Assembly (NCBI GenBank): GCA_046331705.1
Contig: JAXLQJ010000036.1
Span: 60,230-80,229 of the forward strand
DNA from: a bacterium
Lineage (GTDB): Bacteria > JADJOY01
Direction of reading: 5' to 3'
Length of the DNA: 20,000 nt
Shown here piece by piece: positions 10,039 to 20,000 of the stretch. Each line of letters opens with the position of its first letter. The stretch's first letter is position 1. A program made the translations under genes and the position numbers. Under the pieces are notes generated by a model, which ran no database searches, was not told where the DNA came from, and was given only the letters and a program-made list of their open reading frames with translations.

Positions 10039-10078
10039 CAAACGAAACGGCGGGTCCACGCGCTCGTGAACCCGCCGT
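10039..10078 (-). terminator. Intrinsic terminator after MaoC-like gene
   Basis: Minus strand ACGGCGGGTTCACG-agcg-CGTGGACCCGCCGT (14 bp with one U-G pair) followed by TTCGTTT. Confidence 0.7.
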
Positions 10079-10112
10079 GCGGCCGTCGCTGCGCGGCCCG
10101 CGACGCGCGCTG

Positions 10113-10949
10113 CTACTCGACGACCTCGGCGATCGCGTTGGAGAGCACCGTCTTGCCCTCCTGGGTCGAGGCGCGGACGATGTAGCGTCCCGGCTTCTCC
10201 TTCCAACCCTCGGTGATGATCGTGTCGCCCGGGAACACGACGCTGGCGAAGCGCGCGGCGAACGACTTGAATCGAGCGGGATCGCTGCCACACACGGAGT
10301 GGAGGATCGCGCGGCCGGCGTGGCCGTAGGTGCACAGACCGTGGAGGATCGGACGGTCGAAGCCGCCCATCGCGGCGAATTGCGGGCTCGCGTGGAGCGG
10401 GTTGGTGTCGCCCGAGAGGCGATAGAGCAACGCCTGCTGCGGCAGTGTCGGGTACTCGACCCGGAAATCCGGCGCCACACCCTCCGGAGGATCGGCCTTG
10501 AGCGCTTCGGGGCCGCGCTCGCCGCCGAAGCCGCCTTCGCCGCGCGCGAAGATCGTGAACACGTTGTCGAACACCGGCGTACCGTCGATCGTGGTCTCGG
10601 CCTTCACCACCACCAGCGCCGCCTTGCCCTTGTCGTAGATCCCCGTCACCTGGCTGATCGTGGTCAGCTCGCCTTCCGGCGGGATCGGCTTGTGCTGGAT
10701 CACGGTCTGCTCACCGTGAAGGATCATCATCGGATTCACGTTCAGGTTGCTGGTGGCCTGGACCAACGCTCGAAACGACGGCACCACGGCGAAGGTCGGG
10801 AATACCTTGAGCTCTCCCATCTCGAACAAGAAGTCGAGCTCGTCGGTGCTCGCGCCGATACCCAGCGCGTACACGACGACGTCCTTCCAACCGTACTTGT
10901 GGATGATCGGCTCGGATTTCTTGCCCACCAGATCGAGGTTGATCGCCAT
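10113..10949 (-). CDS. MaoC-family double hot-dog (R)-specific enoyl-CoA hydratase 2 (MFE-2 hydratase-like)
   Basis: YALGIGA, PTFAVV, LHGEQ, hydratase-2 motif YRLSGDTNPLH, RPILHGLCTYG, VFPGDT; GGAGGAG RBS. Confidence 0.92.
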   Translation of the reverse strand: MAINLDLVGKKSEPIIHKYGWKDVVVYALGIGASTDELDFLFEMGELKVFPTFAVVPSFRALVQATSNLNVNPMMILHGEQTVIQHKPIPPEGELTTISQVTGIYDKGKAALVVVKAETTIDGTPVFDNVFTIFARGEGGFGGERGPEALKADPPEGVAPDFRVEYPTLPQQALLYRLSGDTNPLHASPQFAAMGGFDRPILHGLCTYGHAGRAILHSVCGSDPARFKSFAARFASVVFPGDTIITEGWKEKPGRYIVRASTQEGKTVLSNAIAEVVE

Positions 10950-11005
10950 CGGTCTCCTCCGCTCGCAGTTGGATCGCGAAAGCGCGCGAGTCTAGCGCGC
11001 GCGTT

Positions 11006-13012
11006 TCACGATGGCTCGGGCGGATCGTTCGAAGGTGCCGGCGGAGGGGCAGGCGGCGTCGCGAGCGCCGCGTGGATCGCGTGCGCGACGGGCTCGTTCA
11101 TCCCCGCGACGCCCGCGAGCTCCTCGATCGACGCCTCGCGAATGCGCGCGACGCTGCCGAACCGCGTCAGCAAGGCCTTGCGGCGCGACGGGCCCACGCC
11201 CGGGATGTCGTCCAGCTCGGATCGAATCCGCTCGCGTCCGCGGACCTTGCGCTGATACGTGATCGCGAACCGATGCGCTTCGTCGCGGATCCGGCCCAGC
11301 AGCAGCAGCCCCGGGTCGTCGTGACGCAGGCTGATCGGGTTCGAGCGGCCGGGTCGAAAGATTCGATCCGGGTCCTTCGCGATCGAGGCCAGCTCCACCC
11401 CCGTGAGGGCGAGCTCCCGAAAAACCCGCACCGCGACGTTCAACTGGCCCTTGCCGCCGTCGACGATCAGCAGGTCGGGATCGGCCGAGCGGTCCCGCGC
11501 GGCGGCGAACCGCCTCGACAGCACCTCGTGCATCGCGCCGTAGTCGTCCGGGATCGTCCGGCTGCGGATCCGGTACCGCCGGTAACCGTCCTTCTCCGGC
11601 ACACCGTCCTCGAAGCGAACGATGGAGCCCACCGAGCCGGTCCCGCCGAGCGTCGACATGTCCGTGCACTCGATGCGTCGCGGCTCCTGAGCGAGGTCGA
11701 GCTTGCGCCGCAGGCCGGCGAGCACCGCACGCCGCTCCGCCGCTGGATCGGTGGCCGCCGTCAGCGCGGCGGCCGCGTTCTGCTCGGCGAGCTCGGCCAA
11801 GCGACGCTTGTCGCCGCGCTCGGGCACGAAGAGCCGCACGCGCCGGCCGCGCCGCTCGCTCCACCATTCCTCGAACGCAGCCGCCGCCGCGACCGTGCGC
11901 GGCACGACCACCTCGTCGGGCAGGTCCTCGAGGCTGCCGTAGCGCCGCGCCAGGAACGCCTCGAGCGGATCCTCGTCCTCCTCCAGCGCGATCGCCAGCG
12001 GATAGGACATCGAGCCGACCAGCACGCCGCCACGCACCGTGAGCACGGCGGCGCACGCCGACAGGCCGTTCGCGGCCACCGCCACGAAATCCTGGTCGAG
12101 CTCGCTGTCTCGAACCACGTGCTGCTTCTCGATCGTCGCTTCGATGGCACGGATGCGATCGCGCACCCGCGCCGCTTCCTCGTAGCGCAACGCGCTGGCG
12201 GCCGCGGCCATTCGCTCTCGCAGCGCGCGAACCACGTCGCGGTTCTGTCCGCGCAGGAAATGCACCGCGCCCTCCACGAGCTTCCCGTATTCGGCCTCCG
12301 ACACCAGCCCGACGCACGGCCCCAGGCATTTGCCGATCTGATAGTCGAGACAGGGCCGCGAGCGATTCGCGAAGTCGCCGTCGCTACAGGTCCGCAGCGG
12401 AAACGTGCGGTGCAGCTCGGCCACGGTCGCGCGCACCGCCTGGGCGGACGAGAACGGGCCGAAGACCAGCGCGTGGGCACGCGACGGCCGCCGCTCGACG
12501 CGGACCTTCGGGAACGGATGACTGAGGTCGAGGCGCAGCGAGGTGTACGTCTTGTCGTCGCGAAGACGGATGTTGTAGCGCGGGCGGTGCTTCTTGATGA
12601 GCGTGTCTTCGAGGATGAGCGCTTCCTTCTCGGTCTCGGTGAGCGTGACCTCGAGGTCGCGGACGCGACCCATCAGGAAGCGCACGTGGTACCGCCCGTC
12701 GCCGCTGTCGCGGGCGAAATAGCTTCGAACACGATCGCGCAGGCTCTTCGCCTTGCCGACGTAGAGCACGCGGCGACGCACGTCGAGCAGGACGTAAACG
12801 CCCGGCCGACGCGGCAACCGCGCCACCTTGTCGAGTAGCTCGGCGGAGAACCCGAACGGGGCGTCGCCGTCCGGCTCCGACGACGTGCCGGGCAGACCAG
12901 CGAGCGCGGCGACCGCCGCGACCTCGGACTCCGCGTCGAGTGGCGAGCGCGCGGGAGCGTCCGCCTCGGGGACTGGGGCGGACGATGGGTCTGCGGGGCT
13001 CGACGCCGTCAT
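11006..13012 (-). CDS. uvrC: Excinuclease ABC subunit C
   Basis: GIY-YIG (PGVY...LYVGKAKSLR), YNIRLRDDK, four-Cys cluster, UVR domain, PDLLIVDGGKGQL, RDEAHRFA, HhH IPGVGP; start approximate. Confidence 0.96.
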   Translation of the reverse strand: MTASSPADPSSAPVPEADAPARSPLDAESEVAAVAALAGLPGTSSEPDGDAPFGFSAELLDKVARLPRRPGVYVLLDVRRRVLYVGKAKSLRDRVRSYFARDSGDGRYHVRFLMGRVRDLEVTLTETEKEALILEDTLIKKHRPRYNIRLRDDKTYTSLRLDLSHPFPKVRVERRPSRAHALVFGPFSSAQAVRATVAELHRTFPLRTCSDGDFANRSRPCLDYQIGKCLGPCVGLVSEAEYGKLVEGAVHFLRGQNRDVVRALRERMAAAASALRYEEAARVRDRIRAIEATIEKQHVVRDSELDQDFVAVAANGLSACAAVLTVRGGVLVGSMSYPLAIALEEDEDPLEAFLARRYGSLEDLPDEVVVPRTVAAAAAFEEWWSERRGRRVRLFVPERGDKRRLAELAEQNAAAALTAATDPAAERRAVLAGLRRKLDLAQEPRRIECTDMSTLGGTGSVGSIVRFEDGVPEKDGYRRYRIRSRTIPDDYGAMHEVLSRRFAAARDRSADPDLLIVDGGKGQLNVAVRVFRELALTGVELASIAKDPDRIFRPGRSNPISLRHDDPGLLLLGRIRDEAHRFAITYQRKVRGRERIRSELDDIPGVGPSRRKALLTRFGSVARIREASIEELAGVAGMNEPVAHAIHAALATPPAPPPAPSNDPPEPS

Positions 13013-13051
13013 GACTGCGCCCTGCCGTCGCGATCCGAGCGCGGTAGCGCC

Positions 13052-15192
<2,141 letters not shown>

Positions 15193-15196
<4 letters not shown>

Positions 15197-16707
15197 GGTT
15201 CGCTCGCGGGCTGGGCCTCGACCACGCTCCAGTCGGTCACCCCGCCCGGTCGATCCTCGAGCACGACCCCACGCCGCGCGAGCTCGTCCCGGATGGCGTC
15301 GGCGTCGGCCCAGCGCTTCTCGACGCGAGCCTGCGCGCGAGCACGGATTCGCTCCTCGACCCACTCGGTGCCGAGCCCGAGCCGCAGCGCCCGCCGATCC
15401 CTGTCGCGCTCGAGCCACGCGGGCGGACTCGAGACGAACACGCCGAGAATCTCGCCGAGGCGCGCGAGGTGGGCGCGCCCCTCGCGCGCGGCAACCTGAT
15501 TCGCCTCGCCCTTGGCGCCGCGCGCCTGATCGGCCAGGCGATTGATGAGGCGGACTCCCTCGAACAGCACGCCGATCGCGCGGGCCGTGTTGAAGTCGTC
15601 GTCCATTGCCTCGCGGAACTGGGTCTCCAGCGCATCCCACGACTGGAGCGCCGGCTCCGGATCGCTCCCGGCGTCGGGCTTCGCCTTCGCCCCCTTCGGC
15701 GCCGCACCCCAATCCTCGCGATCGACCCGCGCCATCGTTGCGTAGCCGCGTGCGAGCGCCTTGCGGCTCTCCTCGATGCCGTCGAGAGAGAAGTCGACGG
15801 GGCTTCGATAGTGTTGGCTCAGCAAGAAGAGACGAATGGTCTCCGCATCGTGCAGCGCGAGAAGGTCCCGGATCGTCGAGAAGTTGCCGAGCGACTTCGA
15901 CATCTTCTCCTGGTTCACGCGAATCATGCCGTTGTGCATCCAGACCCGCGCGAACGGCTCACCCGATGCCGCCTCGCTCTGCGCGATCTCGTTCTCGTGG
16001 TGCGGAAAGATCAGGTCGCTGCCGCCACCGTGGATGTCGAACGGCACACCGAGCTGTGTCGCGGCCATCGCCGAGCACTCGATGTGCCAGCCGGGGCGCC
16101 CCGGTCCCCACGGGCTCGGCCACGACGGCTCGCCCGGTTTGACGCTCTTCCACAGCGCGAAATCCTCCGCTGCACGCTTGCGCTCGTCGACGTCGATGCG
16201 CGATCCCGCGCGAACCTGATCGACGTCTTGACCGGACAACCGTCCATAGCTCGGAAACGCGGCCACCGAGAAGAAGACGTCGCCGTCGACGACGTAGGCG
16301 GCACCCCGAGCAACGAGCTCGCCGATCAACGCCTGCATGTCGGCGATGTGATCCGTCGCGCGGGGCTCGACCGTGGGCGGGATGAGCCCCAGGTCCTGCA
16401 TGTCGCGGTTGTACTCGTCGGTGTAGCGCCGGGCGATCTCGTGCCACGCAACGCCGTCGCGCTGCGCCCGCTGGATGATCTTGTCGTCGACGTCCGTGAG
16501 ATTCCGAACCAGGCGAACCTCGTAGCCGAGGTATTGGAGGTAGCGACGAACCACGTCGAACGTCAGCGCGGAACGCGCGTGACCAAGGTGGGCGGAGTCG
16601 TAAACGGTGGGCCCGCACACGTACATCCGCACGTGTCCAGGCTCGATGGGCACGAACTCGTCCTTGGTGCGGCTGAGCGTGCTGTAGATCTTGAGGGTCA
16701 TCGGCAT
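15193..16707 (-). CDS. cysS: Cysteine--tRNA ligase
   Basis: [48 protein letters not shown]; start 16707 or 16701. Confidence 0.98.
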
Positions 16708-16886
16708 TCTCCGCGGGCTCGCATCGCCGAGCGTCCAGGGCGTTCGATGTGCCAGTGCTTACCGCATGTGAGGCGTGCGCGTGGCGAGTACGAGCGCGAC
16801 GACGCCGTGGCGGATCGCGACGACTGCGCTCCGGCCGTCACGCCATTCGATCGAGGATCCGCGACCGGATCGCGCCTGCCGCAACG

Positions 16887-16925
16887 AAAAGACGGCCGCG
16901 GCGCCTCTCGCTCGCGCCGCGGCCG
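16887..16925 (-). terminator. Intrinsic terminator after carD/cdnL
   Basis: Perfect 12-bp stem CGGCCGCGGCGC/GCGCCGCGGCCG (16893-16925) followed on the minus strand by TCTTTT. Confidence 0.75.
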
Positions 16926-16949
16926 CATCCCCACCCGAGGGACGGCCCG

Positions 16950-17645
16950 TCAGGACTTCTTGGGTTTGCTGGTGCCGCCGTTGCCGTTGCCGCCGTTGCC
17001 ATTCCCGCCGCTGGAAACGCCAGGCTCGGTCTTGGCGCGGTTGCGGCTCGCCTTCGGCTCACCCAGCACGCGGTCGAGGTCCGCGAGCACGTCGGGCTCC
17101 TTCATGCCCTTGGCGATCGCGATCTCCTTGACCAGCAGGTTGCGGGCGGTGTCGAGCATCTTGCGCTCGCCGAACGAGAGGTCCTTCTTCTTGCGCTTCA
17201 GAACGCAGAGATCGCGCAGCACCTCGGCGATCTCGAGCACCGATCCCGTCTTGATCTTCTCGGTGTACTCGCGGTAGCGGCGATTCCAGGTCTGCGTGTC
17301 GATCCGCAGGTCCTGCTCGCGCAAGATCTTGTAGATCTTGACCACCATCTTCTTGTCGATCACGCCACGCAGCCCCACGCTCTCGACGTTGTGCGTCGGG
17401 ATCATGATGGTCATGTCGTTCTCGAGGATCCGGAGCATGTAGAACTTGAGGCGACTTCCGGCGATGTCCTTGGTCTCGATCGACTCGATCACCCCCACGC
17501 CGTGGGCCGGGTAGACGGCCTTGTCCCCGACTCGGAAGGTCTGCTTGCCCTCCGTGGAACGAACAGGCGCGGGCGGCTCGACGCGCGGGGGTGCAGGTGG
17601 CGGGGTGGGGGCGCGGTTCTTCGTCGCTCGGGCGTGTGCTGCCAT
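16950..17645 (-). CDS. carD: CarD/CdnL-family RNA polymerase-binding transcription factor
   Basis: FRVGDKAVYPAHGVG, TWNRRYREYTEKIKTGS (conserved Trp), LSFGERKMLDTARNLL; resembles myxobacterial CdnL; no AT-hook domain. Confidence 0.95.
   Translation of the reverse strand: MAAHARATKNRAPTPPPAPPRVEPPAPVRSTEGKQTFRVGDKAVYPAHGVGVIESIETKDIAGSRLKFYMLRILENDMTIMIPTHNVESVGLRGVIDKKMVVKIYKILREQDLRIDTQTWNRRYREYTEKIKTGSVLEIAEVLRDLCVLKRKKKDLSFGERKMLDTARNLLVKEIAIAKGMKEPDVLADLDRVLGEPKASRNRAKTEPGVSSGGNGNGGNGNGGTSKPKKS
16975..17010 (-). repeat. Imperfect 15-bp tandem repeat encoding GGNGNGGNGNGG in the CarD tail
   Basis: Plus strand ccgccgttgccgttg-ccgccgttgccattc-ccgccg. Confidence 0.8.
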
Positions 17646-17848
17646 GGGTTGGGGACGCGGTCCTTTCTAGGGCTGTTCGACTCTCAACGGCGCCGCCGGC
17701 AGCCTGCTCGAGGATCGCAACCGAGAGCGTGCCGTCGTTCGAGCACTACACCGCGGGTGCCCGACGATGCCGGGACGACGGAAGCCTCGTCGCCCTCGAT
17801 GGCGAGATTCGAGGCGGCGTGTGTCGGGTACACGGCCGGCTTGCCTTG

Positions 17849-17878
17849 AGGATACCCAGGATTCCCGGGGCTCGTCAA
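17849..17878 (-). promoter_or_regulatory. Putative sigma70 promoter for carD/cdnL
   Basis: Minus strand TTGACG, 18 nt, TATCCT with an A6 tract just upstream. Confidence 0.55.
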
Positions 17879-18004
17879 CGGTTTTTTCCAAGCGTGAGGG
17901 CAACTTGCGGCGATCGAGGCCTCGCCGACCTCGGCCCGTCGCGCCGCGCGCGACAGCGATGCCGCGTTCGCTCACCGTTCGGGAGACGCCCGACACGCGG
18001 CGCG

Positions 18005-18033
18005 TTGCTTGTGGCCGTCGATTTTGGTATCTC
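18005..18033 (+). promoter_or_regulatory. Possible promoter for the lipoprotein gene
   Basis: TTGCTT, 17 nt, TATCTC with TG extension, about 45 nt before the start codon. Confidence 0.35.
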
Positions 18034-18078
18034 TTTGCCGTCCGGGCACTTACGCTCACTCGATCGGAGGAGGTCGGC

Positions 18079-19191
18079 ATGCGGCGGAATCACCTTCCTG
18101 TGTGGCTATCGGCGATCGCCGTCGCGCTCTCGGGTTGCTCGAGCCCCTACGTGCACCGCATCGAGCCGGTTCAGACGACCCGCAAGTACCTGACCCAGCA
18201 AGCCCGCCCGCCAATCCCTGCGTTTCGCCAGGTGGCGGTGCTGCCGTTCGCCGACTACAGCGAGATCACGTTTCTCCAGGACCGCGGCTACCCGGGCCAG
18301 TCCGTCGTGGAGGCCGTCGCCGATCAGTTCGTCGCGCACAGCGTCTCGGTGGTGCCGCAAGAGGATGTCGACCGCGCGCTGCTCGCCATGCGCGTGCTGC
18401 CGGACCTCGAGCGGCAGGGCGTGGTGCCCGATGCGCAGGCGCTGATCTACAACGGCCCGCACACGTTCAACCACGAGTTCGAGCACCACGGGGACGACTT
18501 CCGCGCCGCGCTGCGGGACATGGGGTACAGCGAGGAGCTGGCGCTGCCGTTGTCGTCGTCGATCAGCCGCGATCGACACGACGGTGCCGCCGACGCCGGA
18601 GTGACGACCGACGACATGGTACGCGTGACGAACAAGGTGAAGACGCGGAACGTGTACGGGCTCACGGGGGAACAACTCCTGGATCTCGGCCGTCAGCTCG
18701 GCGTCGATGCGATCGTGCGCGGGCGCATCCTCGAATACGGATTGAAGAAGACTCCGACGATCGACCCCGCCTACGGGCTCGGCATCCTGTCCCGGATCGC
18801 GATGGGTCTCGACTGGCTGCTGCTGGACTGGAAGGACGCGGGTGACTACGCGGCGAGCGAGCCGCGCGAGGAAGTGCGGCACGACGTCGATTCGACTCGC
18901 CCGCGCATCGGCGGGAACCCGATGGGCCCGATCGCAACGCTGGTCGGCGGTCCGCCCAATCTCAAGAGCTCAGCGATCGTTCAAGTGCGCGTCTACGTGC
19001 AGGACGCGCGCACCGGCGAGACGCTCTGGAGCAATCGCGCGGAGGTCGAGACGACGCCGTTCTCGATCTTCCACTTCGACGACCAGCACTTGAAGACGCT
19101 CTTCGACGAAGCCACCGAGAAGGCCGTTGGCGAGGTGATGCAGTCGTTCTTCCACGGCCGCGATCGCTGGGGAGAGATGCGCAGCAGCTGA
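18079..19191 (+). CDS. Lipoprotein, CsgG/PelC/DUF799-like fold with large insertions
   Basis: GGAGGAGG RBS; signal MRRNHLPVWLSAIAVALSG-C (lipobox); VAVLPF, LGRQLGVDAIVRGRILEY, VQVRVYVQDARTGETLWS pattern. Confidence 0.8.
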   Translation: MRRNHLPVWLSAIAVALSGCSSPYVHRIEPVQTTRKYLTQQARPPIPAFRQVAVLPFADYSEITFLQDRGYPGQSVVEAVADQFVAHSVSVVPQEDVDRALLAMRVLPDLERQGVVPDAQALIYNGPHTFNHEFEHHGDDFRAALRDMGYSEELALPLSSSISRDRHDGAADAGVTTDDMVRVTNKVKTRNVYGLTGEQLLDLGRQLGVDAIVRGRILEYGLKKTPTIDPAYGLGILSRIAMGLDWLLLDWKDAGDYAASEPREEVRHDVDSTRPRIGGNPMGPIATLVGGPPNLKSSAIVQVRVYVQDARTGETLWSNRAEVETTPFSIFHFDDQHLKTLFDEATEKAVGEVMQSFFHGRDRWGEMRSS

Positions 19192-19207
19192 GTCCGCGAG
19201 CGCCAGG

Positions 19208-19232
19208 CGGGCACGGGCGGCGCCCGTGCCCG
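19208..19232. terminator. Palindromic hairpin between convergent genes (possible bidirectional terminator)
   Basis: CGGGCACGGGCG-g-CGCCCGTGCCCG; no U tract. Confidence 0.5.
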
Positions 19233-19269
19233 AGCTCGAGCCGACGTGGGTACGGCTCTCGCGGGATCG

Positions 19270-19797
19270 TCAGCGCGTGGCGCCGCCACCCGAGACGCGA
19301 ACGGTGTGGACATTCTCGGGAAGCTTCCCGAGATCCCAGATCCACACGCCACTCGGCTTGCCTTCCGCGGTAGCGATCTCGCCGAGATAGCTCGCGCGCA
19401 GCTCGAGGGCCGAACCCGCGCGGATCGCGAAGTCCACGGTCGTGCCAAACCGTGGCAACCCACCGTTCGAATCGCACAGCCCGTGTAGGAAGGCCAGCGT
19501 CGGTGCGACCACCCGACTACGGTACTGCGCGGCAACAGGCATCGCTCGTGAGCCGGGCGCGGACGCGCTCGCGCCGGCGGTGACAGGCGTCAGTCCGCGC
19601 AGCCCCATGGACTCGAGCCGCCTCCGCGCCTCGAACTGCCACTGAAGCTCAGCCGTCGCCCCAGCCTTGTTCGCTACCGCGACGGTCGCAGGCTCGAGGC
19701 AGCGGCCGTCCACCGTCGGCCCCGCCGTGGCCCACACCACGGCGGCGGCGACGACGCCGACGCCTCGAGCCGTCCGGCGGCGCGATCGCTCAGACAT
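19270..19797 (-). CDS. Hypothetical protein, possibly exported
   Basis: 175 aa from ATG 19797, overlapping the upstream stop by 8 nt; basic N-terminus then hydrophobic GVGVVAAAVVWATA; no recognised domain. Confidence 0.5.
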   Translation of the reverse strand: MSERSRRRTARGVGVVAAAVVWATAGPTVDGRCLEPATVAVANKAGATAELQWQFEARRRLESMGLRGLTPVTAGASASAPGSRAMPVAAQYRSRVVAPTLAFLHGLCDSNGGLPRFGTTVDFAIRAGSALELRASYLGEIATAEGKPSGVWIWDLGKLPENVHTVRVSGGGATR

Positions 19798-20000
19798 CCA
19801 GGAATCTCGGCAACGCATCCAGCACGTAGCCCACGAATCCCGAGCGGGTCAGCACGACGACGAGCTGCAACGCGACGATCGCGAAGCTCGCGTTCGACAC
19901 GACCGCGGCCCAGGTCCAGACGTCGTCGGCTCGGCGTCGCAGCGCGGCGCTGCCGAGCACCAACGCGACGAGCGCAGGGACGAGTCCCGCGACGAGCAGG
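19790..20000 (-). CDS. C-terminal end of a membrane protein (truncated by window edge)
   Basis: Open frame LLVAGLVPALVALVLGSAALRRRADDVWTWAAVVSNASFAIVALQLVVVLTRSGFVGYVLDALPRFLDV*, two hydrophobic segments. Confidence 0.7.
   Translation of the reverse strand, partial: LLVAGLVPALVALVLGSAALRRRADDVWTWAAVVSNASFAIVALQLVVVLTRSGFVGYVLDALPRFLDV

Noticed and set aside
15197..15712. N-terminal extension of the UvrB ORF
   Set aside because: Lies inside cysS in another frame
17767..18078. Upstream extension of the lipoprotein ORF
   Set aside because: Covers the divergent promoter region; signal peptide and GGAGGAGG define ATG 18079

Overview
GC-rich (about 70% by eye) bacterial core-genome segment; gene order and the CdnL-type CarD suggest a deltaproteobacterial-type lineage (Myxococcota/Desulfobacterota or related; inference). 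Plus strand: hisB-hisH-hisA-hisF-hisI, then rpsU-dnaG-rpoD, tRNA-Ile(CAT), a coiled-coil/C4 zinc-ribbon gene and RNase P RNA (rnpB). Minus strand, converging on rnpB: carD/cdnL, cysS-uvrB-uvrC, a MaoC-type double hot-dog hydratase and a Nudix hydrolase. The right end holds a divergently transcribed CsgG/PelC/DUF799-like lipoprotein with large insertions, a probable exported hypothetical protein and the truncated end of a membrane protein. I saw no mobile element, CRISPR array or defence system, and no clearly new multi-gene system. The best leads are the unusual lipoprotein, structured spacers (hisB-hisH, rpsU-dnaG), apparent absences from usually conserved clusters (ispD/ispF, hisE, yqeY), and a CdnL with extra terminal tails.
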